This document shows positions 1 through 8,942 of a stretch of DNA of 64,000 nt, in pieces. Source of the stretch: a virus (Duplodnaviria; Caudoviricetes); the IMG/VR virus record IMGVR_UViG_3300037067_027684, positions 160,001-224,000 of that record; one strand, written 5' to 3'. Position numbers and translations under genes: made by a program. Below the pieces are notes generated by a model, which was given only the letters and a program-made list of their open reading frames with translations, was not told the origin of the DNA and did not search any database. The first letter of the stretch is position 1. Each line of letters opens with the position of its first letter.

Positions 1-135
1 TTTTGCGCATTGATTGCAGCAACAGCCTGTTTTGATGCATGGGCTTCCATCTCTGTCGATTTCGGCTAGGGAGATTTGTATTCCCATTCCTTCGCTGGGG
101 GTTAGCGTGTGTCCACAGCTTGCGGTGATTGACAT
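1..135 (-). CDS. hypothetical Cys-rich protein (partial, runs off window)
   Basis: AAAAGGAG RBS then ATG at 135; MSITASCGH...CCNQC open to window edge. Confidence 0.6.
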   Translation of the reverse strand, partial: MSITASCGHTLTPSEGMGIQISLAEIDRDGSPCIKTGCCCNQCAK

Positions 136-151
136 GTTTTTCTCCTTTTGT

Positions 152-282
152 GGGCGGCAGGACCAGACGGGCGGGTGCGGCGGGATTTTGCCGGTCTTTG
201 AGCGTCGTTTGCCGTCCTGCGAATCGTGTGCCGGTGGCGGTATCCCCGTACCGACTGGCGCGGGTTTGGTGGTGGTGTTTAC
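152..282 (-). repeat. GC-rich ~130-bp dispersed element, copy 1
   Basis: Minus strand GTAAAC-N24-GGTACGGGGATACCGCC...TCAAAGACCGGCAAAATCCCG; blocks and spacing match copies at 16.7 and 34.4 kb. Confidence 0.85.
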
Positions 283-448
283 TGGTGTTCTAGGTCTAAT
301 CTTCGTTTAGTCCTCCGCATTTCTTGCCATCACATTTTGCAGTTTTTGTGTTGTTTGCAGCGCTTTTTGGTTGTTGGTTGTTTGCACCAGCTACAGGTTG
401 GTATCTTCATTGTTTACTCCTTTAATGGTTTAGTGAATGTCGGAAAAC

Positions 449-536
449 TTATAGAGGCTGGGATCTCACCTTGTCTGCAAGCTTCAAGACTGGAGGGGCT
501 TGAAGCGAGTCATGGGAGTTCTACCAGCCTCTATAA
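449..536. other. long imperfect intergenic hairpin
   Basis: TTATAGAGGCTGG/CCAGCCTCTATAA outer stem and GCTTCAAG/CTTGAAGC inner stem; second 9-bp hairpin at 549-571. Confidence 0.75.
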
Positions 537-595
537 CTGAATTTTGTGGTGAGCCTCTTTGGGAGGCTCACGATACTACTCCGGATCGATTTGTA

Positions 596-835
596 TCATT
601 TGAGAGCCTCGTTTTCGATTTGTTCGACATCTTCAATACGAAGGCGGATGATTGCGGGTGCATCTTCTTCATAGTGACCCTTTGGGCCGAAACGGGGTTT
701 GCGTCCGAGAATTACCAGTCTGCGGCTGTTATCACCAAGGCCAATCAGGTATTCGAGAAGCCAGCCTATTTCTCCTTTGTCTGCTATTTGGCCTTCTGCT
801 GTGATAATGTCATTGATCAAGCGTACTTTGGTCAC
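596..835 (-). CDS. hypothetical protein
   Basis: AAAGGAG RBS before GTG at 835. Confidence 0.55.
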   Translation of the reverse strand: MTKVRLINDIITAEGQIADKGEIGWLLEYLIGLGDNSRRLVILGRKPRFGPKGHYEEDAPAIIRLRIEDVEQIENEALK

Positions 836-872
836 GTTAACACTCCTTTCAGACCATTTCGTTTTCTTTGTA

Positions 873-1223
873 TCAAAGACCGTGAGAAGAAATACCTGCC
901 ACAAAGAGTTCTTCAAGCTTTTGGAAGTTATCTCGTTCAAGCCTGATGACCTTTCGGGCTTCATCCAGGGTGGCGAGGACTGCTTCGTTGGGGTTTGCGT
1001 AGCTATGGAGTGTCCAGCGACAATCGCCGCTGCAATGTCCTCGGTATCCGGCTAGACAGACGAAGCCTTGTGGCTGGCTCGGGTAGACGGTGATTTCTTT
1101 GTTGTCGCCTAGATAAGCGGCGTAGTGCCAACCAAGGTTTTCCCAGACGTGGGGTTTCCAGGGTTTGCCTCCTAGTTGCTTGCAGAGCAAGTCTGCTGCG
1201 ACTTGTGCGTCAAACTTTTCCAT
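873..1223 (-). CDS. hypothetical protein
   Basis: RBS + ATG, tiles with neighbours. Confidence 0.7.
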   Translation of the reverse strand: MEKFDAQVAADLLCKQLGGKPWKPHVWENLGWHYAAYLGDNKEITVYPSQPQGFVCLAGYRGHCSGDCRWTLHSYANPNEAVLATLDEARKVIRLERDNFQKLEELFVAGISSHGL

Positions 1224-1232
1224 TTTAGTCTC

Positions 1233-1589
1233 CTATGGATTTGGGTCTGCGAAATTGAACTGTATTTCTTTGCGGTTTGCCCGTTCGGGATTAGATTTCC
1301 ATCTTTCTTTGAAGTACCATTTGAAGGCGTGTTGTTCATCGTCAAATTCCAACCCTTCACCTTCAGCATCTTCAAAGATCCAACCTTCCAGACGGCTAGA
1401 ATATTTGGTGCAGGGTCCCAAACCTGTGTCGTCCATAAACAAAATTCGATCCCCGATGATGGACTCGACACCTTCAAGGAGGTCGCCCCATTTGATTTGC
1501 TCACCTTCTAGGAGGAAGATGATTTGTTTGTTGATTAGTTTGGCTGTGAAGCCTTTTCGATTGAGTAGGTCGATTTTCTCTTTGGTCAT
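1233..1589 (-). CDS. hypothetical protein
   Basis: AGGAG RBS + ATG. Confidence 0.7.
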   Translation of the reverse strand: MTKEKIDLLNRKGFTAKLINKQIIFLLEGEQIKWGDLLEGVESIIGDRILFMDDTGLGPCTKYSSRLEGWIFEDAEGEGLEFDDEQHAFKWYFKERWKSNPERANRKEIQFNFADPNP

Positions 1590-1631
1590 TTGAATCTCCT
1601 AAATCGGATATTCCGGCATTGGCTCCTTAAT

Positions 1632-1682
1632 TAGGGGTCGGGCGGTAAAACCGCAACAAAGGGGATGCCCTTCCGACCCCTA
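1632..1682 (-). ncRNA. candidate three-way-junction structured RNA
   Basis: TAGGGGTCGG/CCGACCCCTA closing stem encloses two small hairpins; directly upstream of RBS and minigene MPEYPI*. Confidence 0.45.
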
Positions 1683-1698
1683 GGGGTTTAATTTCTTA

Positions 1699-1860
1699 TC
1701 AGGCTCCGCAGAGGTCGTCAAGGTATTCGTCTTCGAACTCCCAGATGGAAGTCTGGTCGAGTCCAAACTTTTGGATCAGGAATCCACCAATCTCCAGGAG
1801 TTCAGATGCGGCGAGGTTGGGGTTGTGGAGCAGGAGCATTCCGATTAGGCGATACCACAT
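1699..1860 (-). CDS. small hypothetical protein (53 aa, not in ORF track)
   Basis: AAGGAGG RBS; MWYRLIGMLLL...DDLCGA*; downstream of twister-like RNA. Confidence 0.6.
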   Translation of the reverse strand: MWYRLIGMLLLHNPNLAASELLEIGGFLIQKFGLDQTSIWEFEDEYLDDLCGA

Positions 1861-1908
1861 GTTTCGTCCTCCTTGAAGTTGTCCCTAACGGGATGTTAGG
1901 GAATTAGT

Positions 1909-1973
1909 CTGGACTTGAGACCAGTCTGGCGGTTGCCAGGGCCTTAAGCAGGGTCGCAACCCTGCTCTCTCGG
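1909..1973 (-). ncRNA. twister-like ribozyme (P5-type permutation), copy A
   Basis: CC-GAGAG-[AGCAGGG/CCCUGCU]-UAA-GG-CC-[CUGGC/GCCAG]-[CUGG UCUCAAGU CCAG]; GAGAG/UCUC covaries with GAGGG/UCCC of other copies. Confidence 0.8.
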
Positions 1974-2101
1974 TTTTGAGTTTTGACCTGTGTGTTCGGC
2001 CTTTAGGACCATCGCCGCATAAAATTTGCCTCCTCTTGAAATCAGACCACCTTCTGAAAAGGTCGGGCCAAAAGATGGCCCTTCTCTATGCGGTAGGATA
2101 A

Positions 2102-2131
2102 TGGCACTCGCTCAGAAGTATGGGGATATTA
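2102..2131 (-). promoter_or_regulatory. candidate phage promoter motif, copy 1
   Basis: TAATATCCCCATACTT-N3-AGCG-N2-TGCCA, nearly identical to 41773-41803. Confidence 0.45.
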
Positions 2132-2139
2132 CTTTGGTA

Positions 2140-2388
2140 CTATGTTGATTGAATCCAAATACGTTCAATATCTGCCCAATCATAGAAATGGTTCATAGCA
2201 CGATTGAACGCCGCTTCAGTCTTGGCCTTCTTGAATCGTTCGATAATTTCAACGGGGACGCGTTCATTCTTGAGGACTTCGATAGCTTTTGCTGCTACCT
2301 TTGGGATTTCTTCCAATTCATTCTCAGGGTTGTAATCGTCGTTATTGATGATGCCTTTGAATTGGATGGTGCGTCGCCAGTTAGGCAT
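2140..2388 (-). CDS. hypothetical protein
   Basis: AGGAG RBS + ATG. Confidence 0.7.
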   Translation of the reverse strand: MPNWRRTIQFKGIINNDDYNPENELEEIPKVAAKAIEVLKNERVPVEIIERFKKAKTEAAFNRAMNHFYDWADIERIWIQST

Positions 2389-2638
2389 TCTTAATCTCCT
2401 TTTTCTTGATCTTCTTCACTTTGCCATTTTCATCATAGGTTACTTTGGTCTTGCCGTCTGTGGCAGTTAGTCCACCACATTGTTTGGCTACTTTCTCTTT
2501 TCCTCGCTTCCTCGTAGGCTGCTCTATCCGCAAATGTGAAGTCAACGCATTCGTGGAGTTTGCAGTTAGAGCAATGGAGGTTGGCGTACGGTCGCCATTT
2601 GCCGTTTCTACATCTGTGTGCGATGAATCCTGCGTCCA

Positions 2639-2839
2639 TTAGTGACAATCCCAACCAGCTTTGACCCCTTTGATTTTATTCAGCGCCTTTTTAGCTCCTT
2701 CTTTAGCTATGGTGGCTAGTTCATAGGAGGTCAAGCCAGATGTGCTTTCAATATCCAAACTCCATTCCTCGTTATTATCAAATTCAGATTGACGAACGGA
2801 GATAAACAGGTCAAATTTCTTGACTTTCTTCTTTTTCAT
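2639..2839 (-). CDS. hypothetical protein
   Basis: ATGA overlap with upstream gene. Confidence 0.6.
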   Translation of the reverse strand: MKKKKVKKFDLFISVRQSEFDNNEEWSLDIESTSGLTSYELATIAKEGAKKALNKIKGVKAGWDCH

Positions 2840-3030
2840 TTGCGCCCTCCAGCCTGATTGGGCCTTTTAACCCAACGTTTGAATGTGATTTCGACTAAGG
2901 CAATACCACACTCCTTAAAATTGTGCTTCCTATTGATTGTCTTAAGGTTTGGGTAAACTGTGGTGTCAGTACTTTCTAGTTCGTCAAGGAAAGCAATACC
3001 ACACATGTAGCCGGTCTTAGTCTTCTTCAT
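2836..3030 (-). CDS. hypothetical protein
   Basis: RBS, overlap tiling. Confidence 0.6.
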   Translation of the reverse strand: MKKTKTGYMCGIAFLDELESTDTTVYPNLKTINRKHNFKECGIALVEITFKRWVKRPNQAGGRK

Positions 3031-3253
3031 TTGTGTCCCTCAAGCGTTTGAATCGTGGATTGTCGTCCTTGGTGACTTCGACACTCTTAACAACTGTGTC
3101 GTCATCGCATTCATCGTAGTCGTTGAAGTCAATGGCATTGGCTTGGACGAGTCGATCTACCTTATCTGCTGCTTCAAGATCATTTTCTGCTCTGGTCCTG
3201 AAGAAGCGTCGGCGGGTAAAAGTCCGCTCGACAATTACATCAAAGTCTTTCAT
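3017..3253 (-). CDS. hypothetical protein
   Basis: GGAGG RBS + ATG. Confidence 0.65.
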   Translation of the reverse strand: MKDFDVIVERTFTRRRFFRTRAENDLEAADKVDRLVQANAIDFNDYDECDDDTVVKSVEVTKDDNPRFKRLRDTNEED

Positions 3254-3559
3254 GGTTTGCCTCCTTTGTTGGAAGTTGACATCTGGAATATCAACGCAGT
3301 GACGCTCTCCAAGGAGCGTGTTGGTCGCTCAAAGATTTCGGGTAATCCTTGCTTACGGATGTTCTCCATCTGTTTGTCCGTAAACCCCGACTCTGACTCA
3401 GCAATCTTAACCGCCCATCGAAATAAGTCTAACTGAACGTCATCGGGAGTCTCAGCAGGAATTGTGTCTGATCCGGTTTGAAGTTCGATTTGCTTCCATA
3501 CTGGCCCAAGCTTTACGCCACTTCGGAGGGAAGCTATCCCCTGTTAGTAACCATCCCAT
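3250..3559 (-). pseudogene. probable frameshifted small gene
   Basis: Open frame 3250-~3543 lacks an early start; removing one base of the C-run at 3538-3541 would join it to ATG 3559. Confidence 0.35.
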
Positions 3560-3561
3560 TT

Positions 3562-4107
3562 TCATTTGTTGTACCACTCCCAAGTATGGACTTGAAGAAA
3601 GTCACCATTATCCAATGGCGCAAACAATCCGATGATTTGGTGCGAACCATCACTAGGGCGGCAGAAACCAGTGTACCCAGTCCCAAGCATTATTTTGTTG
3701 ATGTTTGGAATATGGTTCAAGTCTTGATAAGATGGCATCATTTTCTCATGCCAATCCAGATCGAAGGCATAATCAAAACTTGAGTCGGTGTAAGGCTTAT
3801 GCCGATACCTGCGAACGTCGTCAGTCCAGATGGCGACTGGCACTACAACCCAGAATTCGAGTCCAGTTACTCCGCATTCGTAACGGAGGTTGAGTTGTTC
3901 GGCATCTACGCCTAGATTCCTGAGGCTCTCCCATGGGTGTTCCCAAATGGCGCTGGCTGTGAGTCTTTTCTTGCCAGGGATTGTTTGGGCACCAACTGGC
4001 AGGATGTTCTTGAGTGATGTCAGCCATTCGTTGATGTCATTCTGTCCCCAATTCAGGTCTCCACATTCGGGCTTATAGGGGATTTTTGGTTTTACGAGCT
4101 TTATCAT
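3562..4107 (-). CDS. hypothetical protein
   Basis: 181-aa ORF, tiling. Confidence 0.7.
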   Translation of the reverse strand: MIKLVKPKIPYKPECGDLNWGQNDINEWLTSLKNILPVGAQTIPGKKRLTASAIWEHPWESLRNLGVDAEQLNLRYECGVTGLEFWVVVPVAIWTDDVRRYRHKPYTDSSFDYAFDLDWHEKMMPSYQDLNHIPNINKIMLGTGYTGFCRPSDGSHQIIGLFAPLDNGDFLQVHTWEWYNK

Positions 4108-4247
4108 TGATCGTCACCTTTCCCTTAGCCAAGGCTTTGTCCAATTCCCAAATGATTGGGCCGATTTCTGTGAGTTTTTCGTATGGCGACATTTCCTTTG
4201 ATCTGAGGATTTCGGTGCAGTAGTAAATCTTCTTTTCGAAACTGTCT

Positions 4248-4613
4248 TTATGGACATTCATTTTTGATCCTTTCTAGGATAGGTCCTGAGGTTTCATACC
4301 AGGGGTAGAATCCGGAATCATCGCCTGTGAAGACGGTTCGTCCTGAACTATCCTGGAATCCTTTGGCTCCCCAACGGTCAATGATTGGTGTCCATTCGGG
4401 TTTCTCTTCGTCAATTATATGTTCGAAGAGGGTGTTGTAGCGGGACGCCAGCCCTTCGGCATCATATTTTGGTCCATCTAGACCGTCATAGAAGGCATAA
4501 CCTATCTTCTTGGCTTTACGGAGGGCTTTCATAGCTTTGGTTTTGAAGCAGACATCTGCGAAGTGGTAGATGGCGATTGGGGCTATGATGTCGAATTCTT
4601 GATTATTGGTCAT
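4248..4613 (-). CDS. hypothetical protein
   Basis: AGGAG RBS, ATGA overlap. Confidence 0.7.
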   Translation of the reverse strand: MTNNQEFDIIAPIAIYHFADVCFKTKAMKALRKAKKIGYAFYDGLDGPKYDAEGLASRYNTLFEHIIDEEKPEWTPIIDRWGAKGFQDSSGRTVFTGDDSGFYPWYETSGPILERIKNECP

Positions 4614-4897
4614 CTTGGTTCTCCTTTGATGATCAATCGTCCATCTTCCTTGCGGATTACGTGGCCTGTGATCAATTCACCAATTTCAGCTAGAATCTTA
4701 AACGATTCCAAGCCATTGCGCCCGAAGTGCCACAATACTCCATCTTCTTCGATTATTCCACAGATGGAGGTTTCGACGACCCTTTTTACTTCTGTGGCTA
4801 CGGCTTCTGGATCGTCTCCTTCGATGCAGTAGTGATGCCTTTTGGTAGTATCTTCTTTTCTGTCACAGATAATTCGGAATCGGTGGATGTTGGTCAT
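4610..4897 (-). CDS. hypothetical protein
   Basis: start MTNIHRF overlaps upstream TGA. Confidence 0.6.
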   Translation of the reverse strand: MTNIHRFRIICDRKEDTTKRHHYCIEGDDPEAVATEVKRVVETSICGIIEEDGVLWHFGRNGLESFKILAEIGELITGHVIRKEDGRLIIKGEPR

Positions 4898-5181
4898 TTG
4901 ACTTCCCTTCCGCAGGAGGACTGCAATGGTGTAATGGTCCAAATGATGAGGGGTTCATTCGAAAGTTCTGGGAACTGTTTAGAACATTCTTTGCCTGCCA
5001 TAATTGCGACATAATCCCTCTTGATTTTGAGCCTACAAGTATTATGAAACTCTTTGAGGAATTCTTTGGCTTCTCTAACTGCGAATTCTTTAGCTTTTTT
5101 GCGAGTGAACAATCCGAAGACATTGCTATTGTTCGCTGAAGCTGATTCGACTACAACCACATATTCACTGTTGCTTTTCAT
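4894..5181 (-). CDS. hypothetical protein
   Basis: AAGGAG RBS before MKSNSEY. Confidence 0.6.
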   Translation of the reverse strand: MKSNSEYVVVVESASANNSNVFGLFTRKKAKEFAVREAKEFLKEFHNTCRLKIKRDYVAIMAGKECSKQFPELSNEPLIIWTITPLQSSCGREVK

Positions 5182-5384
5182 CCGAAGCTCCTTCGAAATC
5201 CAGAGTGGTTTCTTCATCGTCCACTTCAACCGAATACCCAATTTGTCGTAATAGGAATCGAACATCCCTTCTAGAGTACAACTCTCTACAAGCTTCGACA
5301 GCATCCTGCATATTCTTTGTTTCTGAATCTTTCTCGATTTCAACATAACCAGTCATGGTGATTTTGAATTTAACCCTAAACATT

Positions 5385-5702
5385 TCACCAGTTTTCATCT
5401 TCACCATGCTCCTTTTCAGTCCAAGGAATTTTCACCCAAGCAGAAACCCAACACTCCTTAGTGTCAAGATAAGGATCAATCGTCGGGTCATTATCGATCT
5501 GGATTGATTCAGTTTGATAGAGTTTTTGTGCTATCTCGACTGCGATAGCTTGCCGTTCTGTTCCCAGTTCCTTTAACTCCCTTCGGACTCGACGTGCTAA
5601 ACCCTGAAGGTGCGTAAAGATATCACCGTCAGGAATCAGATCAAGAAGTTGTTGTGCTGTTTCACGGTTCATTTGGATGACAATGTTAGAGGGCTGATCC
5701 AT
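5385..5702 (-). CDS. hypothetical protein
   Basis: AAGGAG RBS before MDQPS. Confidence 0.6.
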   Translation of the reverse strand: MDQPSNIVIQMNRETAQQLLDLIPDGDIFTHLQGLARRVRRELKELGTERQAIAVEIAQKLYQTESIQIDNDPTIDPYLDTKECWVSAWVKIPWTEKEHGEDENW

Positions 5703-5879
5703 GTTTGGACTCCTTATAGGTTGTGGTTGAATCGCCACAACACAAAATGGTCACGGAGGTATTCTTTGAATTCTTTCAATGCTTGGTCTTTGCATTGGTC
5801 ATGTGGACGGCTGGGATCGAGGTAGGCAAGTGATTTGGCTCTATCCTCGATTACATCCGACATGATCTCAGTCACTTCG

Positions 5880-6269
5880 TTAGCTTTCGGTCTCATGTAA
5901 TCTCCTTAAGCAGTCGGCCAAACTCTTGGGGGAGGTGACATCGACGGCAACCATTTCTTCACCAAGCCAACCAACCACGAGTTTCGTGGTTAAGAGTCCA
6001 TCAAGTACTCCCTTAGACCAATATTGGTTGACATAATATTCAGTATGACTTTGATCACGACCAATCACCAATACTTGATTCGCAACTGGGTAATTCTCAG
6101 TGGTTGAGTCAAGAAACGATTTCTGATCTGTAATCAGTGGTGTGATAATTAGCGAACCCAAAGCTTTCACATCCTTGATATCGCCATGCTTCTTGATGAA
6201 ATTGATAACCTTCTTTAGGTGGGCTAGATTCTTGTGTTTGGGTGCAAGGATTTGGATTGTTAGGAACAT
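5880..6269 (-). CDS. hypothetical protein
   Basis: abuts def stop codon. Confidence 0.65.
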   Translation of the reverse strand: MFLTIQILAPKHKNLAHLKKVINFIKKHGDIKDVKALGSLIITPLITDQKSFLDSTTENYPVANQVLVIGRDQSHTEYYVNQYWSKGVLDGLLTTKLVVGWLGEEMVAVDVTSPKSLADCLRRLHETES

Positions 6270-6803
6270 TCACTTCTCCTTTACATGGTCAATGAAGAGC
6301 TTTCCGGACAAGTGATCCACCTCATGTTGGTAGACTCTTGCTTCCCAACCCTCTGCTTCAAAGCTTAGGGGTTCACCTTTAATGTTTAGGCCATTAACGC
6401 GAATTTTCATGTAGCGTTCGACTTCATCGTGCCTTCCAGGGACGGATAGGCATCCTTCGTGTTCGCGCATTTTAAGGGCGACCAATACTTCTATTGCGGG
6501 GTTGATGATCGCTTTGAATTGTGAGGGTCCACTCAACATGGAGGGGTCACCTGTTGGGTCAACGACAATGACTCGGAGTGGAATTCCTGCTTGGGGTGCT
6601 GCTAATCCTACTCCTTTCTTGTGGTACATTGTCATCTTCATTCGCCTGACAAGCTCCTCCAATTTCATGACTTTTTGCTTGCCTTTGTGATTGGTGAAGG
6701 CGACTTGTCCAGTCTGAATTTCCGCTAAGGAAACTTCGCGGCTGGTCTGCCTCAAAATTGGGTTGGGTAGAGTTACGACCTCAAACGGCTCTGTTGGCTG
6801 CAT
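6270..6803 (-). CDS. def: peptide deformylase
   Basis: All three PDF motifs: GVGLAAPQ, EGCLS, QHEVDHL; RBS before ATG 6803. Confidence 0.95.
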   Translation of the reverse strand: MQPTEPFEVVTLPNPILRQTSREVSLAEIQTGQVAFTNHKGKQKVMKLEELVRRMKMTMYHKKGVGLAAPQAGIPLRVIVVDPTGDPSMLSGPSQFKAIINPAIEVLVALKMREHEGCLSVPGRHDEVERYMKIRVNGLNIKGEPLSFEAEGWEARVYQHEVDHLSGKLFIDHVKEK

Positions 6804-6949
6804 GTGTTCTTTCTCCTTTCTCCACCGTCCTTGTGGCGTTTCGTTGCCTCTATAGGGAGGTGTCAATATGTGCTTAGAGCATTTGTACTTCTAATACTTA
6901 GTGGTTTGTATCAAATTTAGACAGTATTTTAAATTGGTTGTTAGTAATT

Positions 6950-6957
6950 TAAAAATA
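6950..6957 (+). promoter_or_regulatory. candidate late-promoter motif TAAAAATA
   Basis: Just upstream of RBS of counter-oriented gene; also at 8132, 8749, 55463 (minus). Confidence 0.4.
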
Positions 6958-6977
6958 GTTTAAGGAGGATTAGAGCC

Positions 6978-7853
6978 ATGAGACTAATTCTAGTGCTGGT
7001 TCTCGCCTTGATGTGCGGTTGTGTGAAGCCGACTGCTAACCCTGATGGTGAAATAGCCACCCCAACTAAAAAAGCACTAATAGTTGGGATCAACACTTAT
7101 CCTGGGGCACCCTTATCTGGCTGTGTCAACGACGCTAATGATATGAAGGATTTCTTGATTAAGAATTATGGTTATAGGGACAGTGAGATTAAGATGCTTC
7201 TAAATGATAAGGCTAAGACTGCCGATATTATTGATGGGCTTATATGGCTTACTCAAGACGCGAAAGCCGGTGATAAGCGAGTATTCCACTATAGTGGACA
7301 CGGCGCGGAGTATGCTTATGAGACTACTGGTCAGCCAGGTAATATGAACCAAGTTATTTGCCCCTATGACTTTGATTGGACTCCAGGTCACATGATTATG
7401 GATATTGATTTTGCTAAGATGTTTAAAGAAATGCCAAATGGAGTCATCTTCAATTGGGTTAGTGATTCTTGCTTCTCTGGTGATTTGACTAAGGAGCTTC
7501 CGAAGAATGGGTTGAAGATTGTCTCAAAGTCTTATCCTAACGTTCCCGAGAAGATTGCCAATAGGGTTCGTTTGGCTAAGGCTGCGAAGAAGCCTCGTGG
7601 GATGGTAAATGGTGTGTTGGATGTTGGGTACGTGTCTGGTTGTAGGTTCGATCAGACTTCTGCTGATACTGAGGATGTGTCTGGTAGGCCATGTGGCGCT
7701 TTGACTCATTTCTTCTTGGCTAACTTGGGTCGGAATTTGACTGTTAGTCTGAGAATGGTGGTTACTTTGACTGATGAGTCGTTAGCCGCCAGAGGTTACG
7801 AACAGGTGCCGCAGGCGGAAGGTGCTAGGATTGATAGGGCTTTTCAAGAATAA
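6978..7853 (+). CDS. metacaspase / peptidase C14 with lipoprotein-type signal peptide
   Basis: KALIVGINTY, LSGCVNDA, HYSGHG (His), DSC (Cys), GALT; N-terminal hydrophobic stretch then MCGC. Confidence 0.9.
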   Translation: MRLILVLVLALMCGCVKPTANPDGEIATPTKKALIVGINTYPGAPLSGCVNDANDMKDFLIKNYGYRDSEIKMLLNDKAKTADIIDGLIWLTQDAKAGDKRVFHYSGHGAEYAYETTGQPGNMNQVICPYDFDWTPGHMIMDIDFAKMFKEMPNGVIFNWVSDSCFSGDLTKELPKNGLKIVSKSYPNVPEKIANRVRLAKAAKKPRGMVNGVLDVGYVSGCRFDQTSADTEDVSGRPCGALTHFFLANLGRNLTVSLRMVVTLTDESLAARGYEQVPQAEGARIDRAFQE

Positions 7854-8115
7854 TTTCAATTCCTGGCATTGAGTTACGCAACCAACTTATGGCTTTGGTT
7901 GCGTCTAGAATTCCATCTGTGATTGCTGTGTTTACGATTCCTATTGCTTTCTTACCAAGTACGTCTTTTTCTTCTTGTGAGGTTGTTTGAATCCAATGTT
8001 GTCTTATTTCTGCGAGCATCATTAGAATTCGACTGTAGGCGTTAGGGTCTACGTTGGGTGCTTTTAGGTCGAATTCTACTATTAGTGCAAGGTTCAATTT
8101 TTGGTCGAAGTTCAT
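7825..8115 (-). CDS. hypothetical protein with N-terminal FDxKLxxAL motif
   Basis: GGAGG RBS, MNFDQKLNLALIVE. Confidence 0.65.
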   Translation of the reverse strand: MNFDQKLNLALIVEFDLKAPNVDPNAYSRILMMLAEIRQHWIQTTSQEEKDVLGKKAIGIVNTAITDGILDATKAISWLRNSMPGIEIILEKPYQS

Positions 8116-8147
8116 GATTGCCTCCAACCATTATTTTTGCTATTTTG

Positions 8148-8744
8148 TTATTGTATTCTTGCAGGCTCGGTCCAGATTTGTTGTCCTAAATTTAGGGAAC
8201 CTGGTTTAATTATTTCATTAACATAACCATTAATCATTTTATAAATACCAGTCATTTCTGATATATTGACATCTCTTAATATTCTAAGAGCGCAATAATT
8301 TGGGTCATGCATGTATTTGAGGTACAATTTACTCAATATGTTGTCTTCTTCGTGGACTCCATGTTTGGAGATATAATCGAGTATTTTTGGATGAATTGGA
8401 TGAGATGGCCATTCTGTTTTTCGCTTTTTTATATCGACATTTTTGTAAAATCCTTTTTCTGGGTTTGAATCAGCATGTTTTGGTATTTCTTCGTCATCTA
8501 ACCAGAGGAATTCGTACCCTTCTGCCCCCAGAGAATTGGGTGGAATTAATATCTCAAACAAATATGTTGGATTACCATGGTCATATGCGCCATCTGCCGT
8601 CTTTGCTACCCATGGTTTCTTAATTTTTCTACTTTTTACGATTGCGGAATAGGTACCTTCATTAACTCCTACCCAATAGGGTCCAGCTAGATGTTCTTCA
8701 ATTAACAATTTAAGACGAGAATTAAGTTTTGTCTCTAAGCTCAT
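8148..8744 (-). CDS. hypothetical protein (AT-rich, possibly leaderless)
   Basis: 198-aa ORF; CAAAAATA 4 nt before ATG and no RBS. Confidence 0.7.
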   Translation of the reverse strand: MSLETKLNSRLKLLIEEHLAGPYWVGVNEGTYSAIVKSRKIKKPWVAKTADGAYDHGNPTYLFEILIPPNSLGAEGYEFLWLDDEEIPKHADSNPEKGFYKNVDIKKRKTEWPSHPIHPKILDYISKHGVHEEDNILSKLYLKYMHDPNYCALRILRDVNISEMTGIYKMINGYVNEIIKPGSLNLGQQIWTEPARIQ

Positions 8745-8942
8745 GTTGTATTTTTGCTATATTGCTACCCATTGTTTGGTTGCGATTTTGGTTAGAATAG
8801 CTTTCTTCTGCATGTTCTGCATCATTTCCTCATGTTTCTTGTGCCCGTAAGATAATCCGGAGTTGAATTTAGTAATCCATTTACTTAATTCTTTTTCACT
8901 CAGATTACTTGGTGGTATTGCGCAGTGGAATAATAAGATCAT

